From a bacterium (GTDB lineage Bacteria; Krumholzibacteriota; Krumholzibacteriia; Krumholzibacteriales; WJIX01): 28,579 nt of DNA. Numbering within the stretch: the first letter of the stretch is position 1; every line of letters begins with the position of its first letter. A program made the translations under genes and the position numbers. Under the pieces are notes generated by a model, which was given only the letters and a program-made list of their open reading frames with translations, was not told the DNA's origin and did no database searches. This document shows positions 1 to 8,526 of the stretch, in pieces. The stretch covers positions 1 to 28,579 of the forward strand of contig JAGHBT010000225.1 in NCBI GenBank assembly GCA_021160845.1. Reading direction: 5' to 3'.

Positions 1-734
1 TCAGGAGAATAAGTTGTTAGAAACATATCGTTCGGATTGTTCAGCACAGCGGCCTGGGCAACCCAACTAGGAGATCCCGATGTAGGCCAGGGATCATAGA
101 TATAGAACAAATCATCTGTGTCATCTTCTAACGTATCATTATCATCATAACCTGCGATAATTTTGCAGTGACCAGAATCATAATAAAGCTCTCCCGGAAC
201 AGTCATGTCCATAGGCCAACCAGCTATATCAATCCATAAGAAAATCTGATTATGATCGATATAGAATTCTACCATCGAGCACGATATGGCCGGATTTGCC
301 GTACCTTGAGGACCAAACTGATAGGGTACCATACCAACACTATAAGTAAATCCAGTCTGTATCTCAGGGGCCTTTGAAGCAACACCAGCATACATTCCAA
401 CCCCATGTGTTTCAAGAATGCCATTCCCCAAAATCTCTCCCTGTGAACTCTTACCATTATCATAGATATAGTCCTGCTGAATAAAATTACCACCGCGTCC
501 TGAGAAGATAGCGTACATAGCTATTGACGCCGGCGCGCAGTACATGTCACAATGGCTACAGCCCGGTGAATGTACGGGATGTATAACGCCCGCCCCACAA
601 ACATTACACCACATATTTGTATCCTTGTGCTGCCAGACCTGAGTAACCGCAAGTGTTTTAATTGTTGCCTGGGCTGAAACAATCGTTGCCATTAGAATAA
701 CTACGGCTACTACTGTTATTAACATTTTTTTCAT
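1..734 (-). CDS. Secreted papain-fold cysteine peptidase, C39-like family (3' end outside the window; absent from the ORF track)
   Basis: Manual translation: ATG at 734, preceded by SD AGGAGGTG. The frame is open to base 1 (244 codons visible). It has a signal peptide (MKKMLITVVAVVILMATIVSAQA) and catalytic-type motifs YC66APASIAM, GH189CKIIAGYD and YIYD214PWP. Confidence 0.8.
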   Translation of the reverse strand, partial: MKKMLITVVAVVILMATIVSAQATIKTLAVTQVWQHKDTNMWCNVCGAGVIHPVHSPGCSHCDMYCAPASIAMYAIFSGRGGNFIQQDYIYDNGKSSQGEILGNGILETHGVGMYAGVASKAPEIQTGFTYSVGMVPYQFGPQGTANPAISCSMVEFYIDHNQIFLWIDIAGWPMDMTVPGELYYDSGHCKIIAGYDDNDTLEDDTDDLFYIYDPWPTSGSPSWVAQAAVLNNPNDMFLTTYSP

Positions 735-815
735 ACTCTTTTCACCTCCTTGAAGAATTTTGTTCCAGTTCCTTTTCGATTTCCCTTGTTGTTTTCTCTA
801 TAGGTGCAAGCTCTT

Positions 816-844
816 ATTGTATACTATATTGCAGTTTCTTTCAA
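816..844 (-). promoter_or_regulatory. Putative sigma70-type promoter of the peptidase gene
   Basis: Minus strand reads TTGAAA-17 nt-TACAAT, about 80 nt upstream of the ATG at 734. Confidence 0.55.
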
Positions 845-1074
845 GTAATATTCCCAGTGTAACCGTATTAATTTTCCTCTATAGCGATTAGAACAAACAA
901 TACCGCAAACAATAAATGGTATAGCTAATAATTTAAGGAATGGGAAAATATCAAAATCGTCAATTTCCACCAGTAACATACTTTCGGTCGAGCAAAGCCT
1001 GCGAGCTGTTACAACAGAAACTTAGGCATTCCGACAAAAAGAAATAAAGAGAACACTGAAACTCTACTCGCCAA

Positions 1075-1734
1075 CTAAAATCTAACCCCTCCAAGTATGG
1101 AGAAAGAATGGTTTATAACATTTCCATTAGTATTGAAAACAGGCGTCAACCCAAGATTATTAATATTCTCTTCCATATTCAAAACCGGCGTTAACCCAAA
1201 GCTATACCTTGCTTCAAGTGTAAATACAGCCCCACTCCCTTCGAAATCAAACCCACCGCCTAAAACCAACCCTATTTCAGTTGATTTAAATATATCATCA
1301 GATAAACTCGCGCTCATTGATTTTTCACCGATCTTTATACTAGCTTTCGTGTTCAAAAGGTAACACATGTAAGGACCAGCAAATATGGTTGGCCTAAACG
1401 CGTCACCAGTCTCCATATCAAATTTCGCAAGAACAGAAATGTCTATGTAGTTCAATGACCATGAATTTTCATAATCATGTCCAACATATACATATTTCCA
1501 CCCCTTCATCGAATAAAAAATCTCCGGTTGAATCGTAAAACAATTACCAACCGGAAAAGCAAAATAGGTGCCCAATTTAGCGCCGGCCTTCCAACTGTAA
1601 TTTTCCGCATTCTCCAAACCGTCGCCACCCCAATTGGCAAAAGTAATTCCACCCTTGAAACCAATACCGGCATACACATCGGAAGAAGAAACTATAGCGA
1701 GCAAGATACAAATAATTATCAATCCCTTTTTCAA
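1075..1734 (-). CDS. Outer-membrane beta-barrel (porin-family / OMP_b-brl_2-like) protein
   Basis: TTG start after SD AGGAGGTG, signal peptide, and alternating amphipathic strands. Motifs IQPEIFYSMKG, LNYIDISVLAKF, AGPY and LEARYSFGL; C-terminal Phe (GGVRF). Confidence 0.85.
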   Translation of the reverse strand: MKKGLIIICILLAIVSSSDVYAGIGFKGGITFANWGGDGLENAENYSWKAGAKLGTYFAFPVGNCFTIQPEIFYSMKGWKYVYVGHDYENSWSLNYIDISVLAKFDMETGDAFRPTIFAGPYMCYLLNTKASIKIGEKSMSASLSDDIFKSTEIGLVLGGGFDFEGSGAVFTLEARYSFGLTPVLNMEENINNLGLTPVFNTNGNVINHSFSILGGVRF

Positions 1735-1750
1735 AATTCACCTCCTGATA

Positions 1751-1779
1751 ATCATAGATTAGCCATCAACTTTTATCAA
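1751..1779 (-). promoter_or_regulatory. Possible sigma70-type promoter of the OMP gene
   Basis: TTGATA-17 nt-TATGAT on the minus strand. The predicted start site falls at the SD itself, which lowers confidence. Confidence 0.35.
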
Positions 1780-1810
1780 AGGTTAAAAAAAGTAATACAT
1801 GCTTCGATTT

Positions 1811-2407
1811 TCAAATCCAATTATAAGCCCCATGTCTTAGAACTTGCGGCGGTGAAATTCTAAAATCGACCAAGGTTGAAGGTAAATCATGGTTTCTTCC
1901 CTTTCTGGAAATGTAAACACTCAATCCCGGAAAGGTTGAAATTATCTCTGATATCCTTGTAAGAGGAAAATTTCCACTTCTATTAACACTGGTGGATATG
2001 ATAGGACCCCCAATATTATCTATGATATCGCGCAGTTCTCTCTTTGCAGGAATTCTAATAGCTATAGCACCCCTATGTTTTAAACCGAAATCGACAGACT
2101 TCGCGGCCATCAGTATTGCGGTGAGCGGCGCCGGCCATATCGAGTTCAGAATTTCGCGAGAGTCTTTTTCCCATGATAAAACCCAACCAGCCACCATCTC
2201 GATATCTGAAAAAAGAAGGACAAACCCGATCTTCTTCCTATTTCCTTTAAGAAATCGGATCTTCTCCACAGCTGCTTGATCCGTGGCCAGGCAATGAAAA
2301 CCATATATAGTATCGGTCGGGAAAACCGCAATACCCCCTGCGGAAAGAAGGTCGCATATCCGATTAATCCCGACTCTGTCAAAGTATCCCCTCAGACCTT
2401 TTTCCAT
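1811..2407 (-). CDS. tsaC: L-threonylcarbamoyladenylate synthase (YrdC/TsaC domain only)
   Basis: Motifs FPTDTIYG, WPAPLTAIL, AIRIP and ISTSVNRSG. No Sua5 C-terminal domain. The start overlaps the purE 3' end by 16 nt. Confidence 0.9.
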   Translation of the reverse strand: MEKGLRGYFDRVGINRICDLLSAGGIAVFPTDTIYGFHCLATDQAAVEKIRFLKGNRKKIGFVLLFSDIEMVAGWVLSWEKDSREILNSIWPAPLTAILMAAKSVDFGLKHRGAIAIRIPAKRELRDIIDNIGGPIISTSVNRSGNFPLTRISEIISTFPGLSVYISRKGRNHDLPSTLVDFRISPPQVLRHGAYNWI

Positions 2408-2859
2408 TCTCCCCGCATCTTTCTTATTCTGTTCATTAAGTTATCATCTCCTATAGCAATAATCTGAGCTGCCAAAATCGCGGCGTTTTTTGCTCCAGCT
2501 TTACCTATGGCCACCGTTGCGACCGGAATACCGGGAGGCATCTGCACCATCGAAAGAAGTGCGTCCATACCATCGGGTAAACCACTCGGTATTGGAACAC
2601 CAATGACAGGCCACTCGGTAACAGAGGCTACAAATCCGGGCAGAGCAGCCGCCATGCCTGCTCCGGCAATGAACACCCTCGCTCCACGCTCAATAGCATC
2701 TATAATATATTCGCTGGTTTTTTCAGGATTCCTGTGCGCGGATGAAACAACCAGTTCCGATTCAAGCCCCAGCTTGTCAAGTTGTTCCAGACACAGTTCC
2801 ATCACTTTTCTGTCAGATTCACTCCCCATTATAACGGCAACCTTAATATTTTTAGTCAT
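2392..2859 (-). CDS. purE: N5-CAIR mutase / AIR carboxylase PurE
   Basis: Motifs IMGSESD, SSAHRNPE, PVIGVP, DALLSMVQMPPGIPVATVAIG and AKNAAILA; SD AAGGAG. Confidence 0.95.
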   Translation of the reverse strand: MTKNIKVAVIMGSESDRKVMELCLEQLDKLGLESELVVSSAHRNPEKTSEYIIDAIERGARVFIAGAGMAAALPGFVASVTEWPVIGVPIPSGLPDGMDALLSMVQMPPGIPVATVAIGKAGAKNAAILAAQIIAIGDDNLMNRIRKMRGEWKKV

Positions 2860-2969
2860 TTACGGCTCCTTTCAATACCAGAAACAATTTAATATCCCAC
2901 ATTTTCTTTGAACTCCACCACATATTGTTTTTCCAACACTCCGGTAACACACCACATTTCCGCGGAAGA

Positions 2970-4232
2970 TCACACCCCCTTTTCAGCAATATCTCTTCGC
3001 GAAAAAGAGTCAGTAAAACTTATCATATCCACTCCTTTATAGGCTTTCTTTAATGATTCCTGAAGAGTTGGGGCAACTGCAGTTACACCCAACACCCTGC
3101 CGCCGGAAGTTATAATCTTATCATTTTCCATCGCCGTTCCCGCGTGAAAAACGATACAACCCGCTTCAACAGCTCTATCAATCCCCTTGATTTCATACCC
3201 TTTGTTATATGACGCAGGATATCCCCCCGAAGCGAGAACAACGCACACAGCCGTGCCGGAACTATTTTGAAAATTAACAGAACTCAAATTTCCATTTGTT
3301 GCTTCAAACAAAACCTCAAAAAGATCACCCTTAAAAAGTGGCAAAACAACCTGGGTCTCGGGGTCACCAAACCTGCAGTTATACTCAAGAACCTTCGGCC
3401 CATCCACGGTGTTGATAATACCAAAATAGATTAACCCTGCTCCCTTGATCCCTTCCCTTTTTATTCCGTTAAATGTAGGCTCAATTATTTCTTTTATTAC
3501 CCGTTCTTGAAGCATTTCAGTGTAAATTGGCACAGGAGCATATGCTCCCATTCCACCCGTGTTTGGCCCTTTGTCTCCATCATAGGCTCTTTTATGGTCC
3601 TGTGATGGTAAAAAGAGACGGTAATCCTTTCCGTCAAATACAGCCATGATAGAGATTTCCTGACCTTCAAGAAATTCTTCTATTACTATTCTGTTCCCTG
3701 CTTCACCAAAATCTTTCTTCCCCATTATTTTGTTAACGGCAACGCGCGCTTGTTCGCCATCATGACATATAATAACTCCTTTGCCTGCAGCAAGGCCGTC
3801 CGCTTTTATCACATACGGGGGACTGTTATTTTCCAGAAAATCCATAGCCATGGACGAATCATAAAAAACGGAAAAATCACCTGTTGGTATTCCATATTTT
3901 TTCATAAACCCTTTCGCCCAAACCTTACTCCCCTCCAGACGGGCGCCCAATTCCGAAAAACCGAATAATCTTTGCCCTTCGGCTATAAATCTGTCGGCAA
4001 TACCATCAACAAGCGGAACCTCAGGACCAACAATTGTCAAATCTATCTTTTTCTCTTTGGCAAATTCCAGAAGGCCATCTATGTCATTAGCTTTAATGGG
4101 GACAGATTCAGCATCTTGTTCCAGTCCAGCGTTACCCGGCGCGGCATATATCTTATCAACTTTAGGAGATTGTGAAATTTTCCATACAAGAGTATGTTCC
4201 CTTCCCCCCGAACCTACTACTAACACCTTCAT
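2970..4232 (-). CDS. purD: Phosphoribosylamine-glycine ligase
   Basis: Motifs MKVLVVGSGGREH, GPEVPL, LEGSK, VIKADGLAAGKGV, DKGPNTGGMGAY, EYNCRFGDPETQ and GGRVL. Start moved from 4295 to ATG 4232, which follows the SD GAAGGGAG. Confidence 0.97.
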   Translation of the reverse strand: MKVLVVGSGGREHTLVWKISQSPKVDKIYAAPGNAGLEQDAESVPIKANDIDGLLEFAKEKKIDLTIVGPEVPLVDGIADRFIAEGQRLFGFSELGARLEGSKVWAKGFMKKYGIPTGDFSVFYDSSMAMDFLENNSPPYVIKADGLAAGKGVIICHDGEQARVAVNKIMGKKDFGEAGNRIVIEEFLEGQEISIMAVFDGKDYRLFLPSQDHKRAYDGDKGPNTGGMGAYAPVPIYTEMLQERVIKEIIEPTFNGIKREGIKGAGLIYFGIINTVDGPKVLEYNCRFGDPETQVVLPLFKGDLFEVLFEATNGNLSSVNFQNSSGTAVCVVLASGGYPASYNKGYEIKGIDRAVEAGCIVFHAGTAMENDKIITSGGRVLGVTAVAPTLQESLKKAYKGVDMISFTDSFSRRDIAEKGV

Positions 4233-4446
4233 TAAAACTCCCTTCATTTCACACCGAGCAACCATTGTTCTAAAACGCGAACAAAAATAAACCATTCATG
4301 CTGTACAATATCTAACACAAATTTCACTCTATTTGAAGACGAATTATCGAGAGCCTCAAGGCAGAAACAAAATTATTAAATGGGAGTTACTGTGTTCTAA
4401 CAACCGGATATGGGTAAAAAATGAAACAGATAGTCAAATACCTGGG

Positions 4447-5394
4447 CTAATCAGGGTAAATATGAGTACCAGCATTCCCTTCGCTGGCTTCAAGCAGATC
4501 CGAAGCATGGGAAATAATAGCTTCCTTACCGCCTGATTCCAAAAAATCTATGGCAGCTCTCACCTTTGGTCCCATACTTCCCGCTGGAAATTCATACGCC
4601 TCGTAAAACTTTCTTATCTCTGAAAGGGTAATTTCCCCAATTGGTTTTTGGTCGGGCTTTCCATAGTTTATACATACCTGATCAACATTCGTAAGTATAA
4701 TAAGCCTGTCCGCTTTTACACCCTCGGATAAAACAGAAGCAGCTCTGTCCTTATCAATCACAGCTTCCACGCCCTCGAGACTGTTTCCCCTTCTAACTAC
4801 CGGAATTCCACCACCCCCAACAGCAATTACCACTACATCAAGATTGAGAAGTTTCGAAATAACCGACGCTTCGATGATCTCAAGAGGTGTGGGGCTCGGC
4901 ACAACACGCCTGAATCCCCTGCCTTCGACATCCTCTTTCATTATCCAGTTTTTTTCTTTCTCTATAACCTCTTTTTCTTCACTTGAATAAAAAGGGCCTA
5001 TAGGCTTGGTTGGCTTTTCAAATGCGTCATCATCCCCATCTACCCTAACCTGGGAAATAAGAGATACAACTTCCTTTATAACCCCTTGGTTTTTAAGTTC
5101 GCTTCCAAGAATCTGCTGAATCATATACCCTATCCCACCTTGTGAATCTGCGCCGCACACATCTATAGGCATCGGTGGAATATGGTCTTTGACAGCCTCA
5201 CCCCGTTCAATAATATTTCCAACAATGGGTCCGTTACCATGAGTAAGAATAACCTTCCTTCCAGATTTGATAAGGGAACAAACCTGCCTCATCGATTTTC
5301 TGGTAACCTCTCTCTGCTGCTCTATTGTACCCTCTCCATCGGCGGGCAGGATAGCATTTCCACCAAGGGCTATAACATCAATGCCAGTCTTCAA
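4447..5394 (-). CDS. arcC: Carbamate kinase
   Basis: Motifs ALGGNAI, THGNGPIVG, KPTKPIGPFY, RRVVPSPTP, GGGGIPV, EAVIDKD and GSMGPKV; TTG start after GGAGG. Confidence 0.93.
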   Translation of the reverse strand: MKTGIDVIALGGNAILPADGEGTIEQQREVTRKSMRQVCSLIKSGRKVILTHGNGPIVGNIIERGEAVKDHIPPMPIDVCGADSQGGIGYMIQQILGSELKNQGVIKEVVSLISQVRVDGDDDAFEKPTKPIGPFYSSEEKEVIEKEKNWIMKEDVEGRGFRRVVPSPTPLEIIEASVISKLLNLDVVVIAVGGGGIPVVRRGNSLEGVEAVIDKDRAASVLSEGVKADRLIILTNVDQVCINYGKPDQKPIGEITLSEIRKFYEAYEFPAGSMGPKVRAAIDFLESGGKEAIISHASDLLEASEGNAGTHIYPD

Positions 5395-5415
5395 AACAAC
5401 CTCCAGAAATAAAGC

Positions 5416-5448
5416 TCCCTGGCAAAAGGAATTAACTCTCGCCAGGGA
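5416..5448 (-). terminator. Probable intrinsic terminator/attenuator between the aminotransferase and arcC
   Basis: Perfect inverted repeat TCCCTGGC/GCCAGGGA, extendable by 5 pairs (including G-U) on the minus-strand RNA and followed by GCTTTATTT. Confidence 0.6.
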
Positions 5449-5472
5449 ATCAAACTTACTTTTTTAATAATA

Positions 5473-6624
5473 CTACAGAACCTCTTTTATAAGTTCCAGA
5501 GCTCTCTTAAGGTTCTTCTGAGAATTAGCGTATGAAAACCTCAGATAATCCTCGCCATAACTCCCAAAACTCGTACCGCTTAGTCCCGCTACTCCGGCTT
5601 TATCAAGCAGATATTCTTCGAGTTCTTTTGATTTTTTCCCGGTGCCGGTTATATTCGGGAAAACATAAAAAGCTCCTTTGGGTTTTAGACATTTAAATCC
5701 CGGAAGTTCGTTGAGCCCTTCAACAAACATATCTCTTCTCTCCTTAAATTCAGCCATCATCTTAAGCGATTCATCCTGGGGCCCAGTAATAGCCTCAATG
5801 CCCGCCCTTTGAATGAAACTGGCTGTACAGGAATTACTGTTCGTTTGAATTTTGGCAATCTGCTCAGCGAGTTTTTCCGGCATGGAAGCATACCCCAATC
5901 TCCAACCCGTCATCGCGTAGGTTTTTGAATGACCTTCCAGAAGAATAGTTCTATCCATAGCTTCAGGATAATCATATATACTAACATGTTTTCCATCATA
6001 AACCATCTTACTGTAAACTTCGTCGCTCAGTATCCACGCGTCGTACTCAACGGCCAGCTCAGCGATACCTTTCATATCCTCCGGTGTTAGACTTCCGCCT
6101 GTCGGGTTGTGGGGAGAATTCAGAATAATCATTTTTGTTTTTTCATTAACAAGCGCTTTCATCTCCTCAAGATCAAAGGAAAATTCTTTTTCCTCTCTGA
6201 GTGGAATGGGTATCGGTTTACCGCCTACAAAGTTTATTACCGACTCATATATGGGAAATCCTGGGTTTGGGTAGATAACTTCATCACCAGGATCAACAAG
6301 AGCCAGAATCGAAAAGAAAAGGATCGGTTTTGCCCCGGGGGTTACAACAATATTTTCCGGGCCGATATCAACTCCACGGTCTTCACTGATAAAATTAGCA
6401 AAAACCTTTCTGGTTTCGAGCATTCCGGCTGATGGCCCATAATGGGTAAACCCATCATTTAAAGCATTAATCGCAGCATCAATTATATTCCTGGGGGTAT
6501 CAAAGTCAGGTTCCCCAATTTCCAGATGAATAATTTCACGCCCTTCGGCTTGCATTTTATTCGCTTTAGATAATACTTCAAAAGCGGTTTCAGTACCAAG
6601 CCTAGACATTCTTTCTGCTAACAT
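5473..6624 (-). CDS. PLP-dependent class I/II aminotransferase (aspartate aminotransferase-like)
   Basis: Motifs IGEPDFDTP, YGPSAG, PGAKPILF, ILNSPHNPTG, WILSDEVY, PLP-lysine SKTYAMTGWRLGY and GAFYVF. Start moved to ATG 6624 (MLAERM), which follows the SD GGAG. Confidence 0.93.
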   Translation of the reverse strand: MLAERMSRLGTETAFEVLSKANKMQAEGREIIHLEIGEPDFDTPRNIIDAAINALNDGFTHYGPSAGMLETRKVFANFISEDRGVDIGPENIVVTPGAKPILFFSILALVDPGDEVIYPNPGFPIYESVINFVGGKPIPIPLREEKEFSFDLEEMKALVNEKTKMIILNSPHNPTGGSLTPEDMKGIAELAVEYDAWILSDEVYSKMVYDGKHVSIYDYPEAMDRTILLEGHSKTYAMTGWRLGYASMPEKLAEQIAKIQTNSNSCTASFIQRAGIEAITGPQDESLKMMAEFKERRDMFVEGLNELPGFKCLKPKGAFYVFPNITGTGKKSKELEEYLLDKAGVAGLSGTSFGSYGEDYLRFSYANSQKNLKRALELIKEVL

Positions 6625-6753
6625 AAATACTCCAATCACTAAAAAATTACTTATCAACAAGTTAGCCGTTATAAGGAACAATTGAGCGGAGAGGCAACAC
6701 ACTCTACTCCAACAACTATGCCACACCGCCAAGGCACCGGCGTTACACTCAGT

Positions 6754-6782
6754 ATATTACCGGTTAGAAAGCTTTGTGTCAA
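6754..6782 (-). promoter_or_regulatory. Putative sigma70-type promoter of the aminotransferase
   Basis: TTGACA-17 nt-TAATAT on the minus strand, implying a leader of about 120 nt. Confidence 0.6.
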
Positions 6783-6866
6783 CATTTGTAATCACAAAAA
6801 ACTTGCGTCGTTAATCCGTAAATAGGCGTATAAAAAATCGTTGGGAGGTAAATAGATGTGCATATA

Positions 6867-6893
6867 ACACTTCCTACTACCCATTGGAAGTGT
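6867..6893. repeat. 8-bp inverted repeat (possible terminator or operator) downstream of the 511-aa gene
   Basis: ACACTTCC (6867-6874) and GGAAGTGT (6886-6893) flank an 11-nt loop. There is no clear U-tract. Confidence 0.45.
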
Positions 6894-6944
6894 ATCTTAA
6901 TAATCCTCAATGGTAAACCATCTTACTGCAGGATAACTTTGTCG

Positions 6945-8480
6945 TTATCTCTTTTTCATAATCTGAGCGATTTCTCTTCTAACTTCCTCCCTAATCTGCC
7001 CACCCTTACCTCTCCTGTTTGCTAGCTGCTGAAGTGTCATCTTATCAATATATTTTACATGAATAAACTTGCGTAGAGAACCTATAGAAATCCTTGCCGG
7101 ATTCATCAAGAGTATTAAAGGAACATTTTTATTCGCGAACCCGGTATATAGATCTCTTCTGCCGGCTATAAGAGAAAGCACGCTTGTAGCTTTGCATCTT
7201 AAAGCAATAAGCGATACAATTCCCGGCTTCCCAGCAATTTTAGGATTATTCAGCAGGCTGGTCAGAAAGGTGGTATTATCAATATATGATAGAATAAGGG
7301 ATTTATATCCCACTGAAGATTCTTCTATCGGTTTTGACCAATCATATTCAATAGGTACGCCGTAATCTCCGACAAACATGTCGGTTCGAACAGATTCAAG
7401 GTTCACTCTCAGAAGCTCGTCTTCAACTCTAAATCCTGGAATATCGAGCAACTCCTTATCAATCTTGCCCGATGACATCAATAATTCCATCTTCCCTTTA
7501 CCCGCTGAGTGAACAAAGTGATACAAACAACTTAGAAGATCTACTTTTGAACTTGAACGACTCAGAATCGGATGCTGAAAAATCGCTTTAAGAACAGATG
7601 TTCCAATCCTAATTTGAGGATATGAATGTGCTTTTGCGGTCTGAAATTCAAATATGTCCGCCAGCAATTTCCCGGCCTCGGACCCTTTTAAAGAATCAAT
7701 AATACCTTCCCACTGATTCTCCAACCTGTTTCTAATAAGAAGAGTTGAACCCTCGGAGAGACTTCTCGGAATTTCGAGTGTCCTTTTTATCCACTTAATA
7801 TTCTCACTCTCATTTATTAACTCCGTAAGCAAACGGCTATGTACTTCAGGGTTCATTGAGGATACAATTTGACTAATTCTCAAACGCCTTGCCTCAAGTT
7901 CCGCCATAATTCTCTTACGTATCGCTTCATCCCATCGCTCATCAGGATCTGCCAATGCCTTCCTTACCTTTATTTCCCATGCTAACCATGGTTTTTCCGC
8001 GTCTGAATAACCTGGCAATGGGTACGAGCCGGAAAGAAATAATACCTGTTTCCCAAACCATATTTCCTTTTCCGTCAGATCCTTTCCGCTCATTTTCTTA
8101 TCTTCAATTCGCTTCATAATATGTTTTAAACTAATAAAATCAGCATACTCCTCGACAATGGTATCCATGGACGCAACAGCGATTAATAGAGTATAGAGCA
8201 GCTGAATACAGCCAGGTTCACCACCGGCAGCGAGTGAGGCAATATAGATAATGTCACGCGAAGGATTTTCGGAAATTGACAGAAAATCGACGATCCCTTC
8301 AAACCTTTTGTAAAGACCATGTATCAAGGTTATTTCGTTGAGCCTGTTTTTGTCTATTTGTTCAATATTTACCTTGGTCAGTTCATCAAGACACCCGGCA
8401 AATGGCATTTCCGGGGGAAAGGAAATTACCCTGCATCCTTCATTTTTATACTCGTACGATATACCTAGCTTTGCTCCCAT
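6945..8480 (-). CDS. Hypothetical cytoplasmic, mostly alpha-helical protein (511 aa)
   Basis: Long ORF co-oriented with its neighbours and filling the gap between them. No signal peptide, TM segment or catalytic motif recognised. Confidence 0.8.
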   Translation of the reverse strand: MGAKLGISYEYKNEGCRVISFPPEMPFAGCLDELTKVNIEQIDKNRLNEITLIHGLYKRFEGIVDFLSISENPSRDIIYIASLAAGGEPGCIQLLYTLLIAVASMDTIVEEYADFISLKHIMKRIEDKKMSGKDLTEKEIWFGKQVLFLSGSYPLPGYSDAEKPWLAWEIKVRKALADPDERWDEAIRKRIMAELEARRLRISQIVSSMNPEVHSRLLTELINESENIKWIKRTLEIPRSLSEGSTLLIRNRLENQWEGIIDSLKGSEAGKLLADIFEFQTAKAHSYPQIRIGTSVLKAIFQHPILSRSSSKVDLLSCLYHFVHSAGKGKMELLMSSGKIDKELLDIPGFRVEDELLRVNLESVRTDMFVGDYGVPIEYDWSKPIEESSVGYKSLILSYIDNTTFLTSLLNNPKIAGKPGIVSLIALRCKATSVLSLIAGRRDLYTGFANKNVPLILLMNPARISIGSLRKFIHVKYIDKMTLQQLANRRGKGGQIREEVRREIAQIMKKR

Positions 8481-8526
8481 GCTAATCCATTATATGCATG
8501 AAAAGTTCCAATTGCTCAGCAAAACA

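Noticed and set aside
269-493. 74-aa minus-strand ORF in the track
   Set aside because: It is an out-of-frame shadow of the peptidase gene (1-734), which has the SD, signal peptide and catalytic motifs.
4233-4446. ZTP or purine riboswitch upstream of purD
   Set aside because: The region is AT-rich with only a 5-bp TGTTC/GAACA stem and lacks the conserved aptamer nucleotides.
4233-6732. Longer N-termini given by the track for purD (4295) and the aminotransferase (6732)
   Set aside because: Family homology and SD position support starts at 4232 and 6624, and the extensions overlap intergenic or leader sequence.
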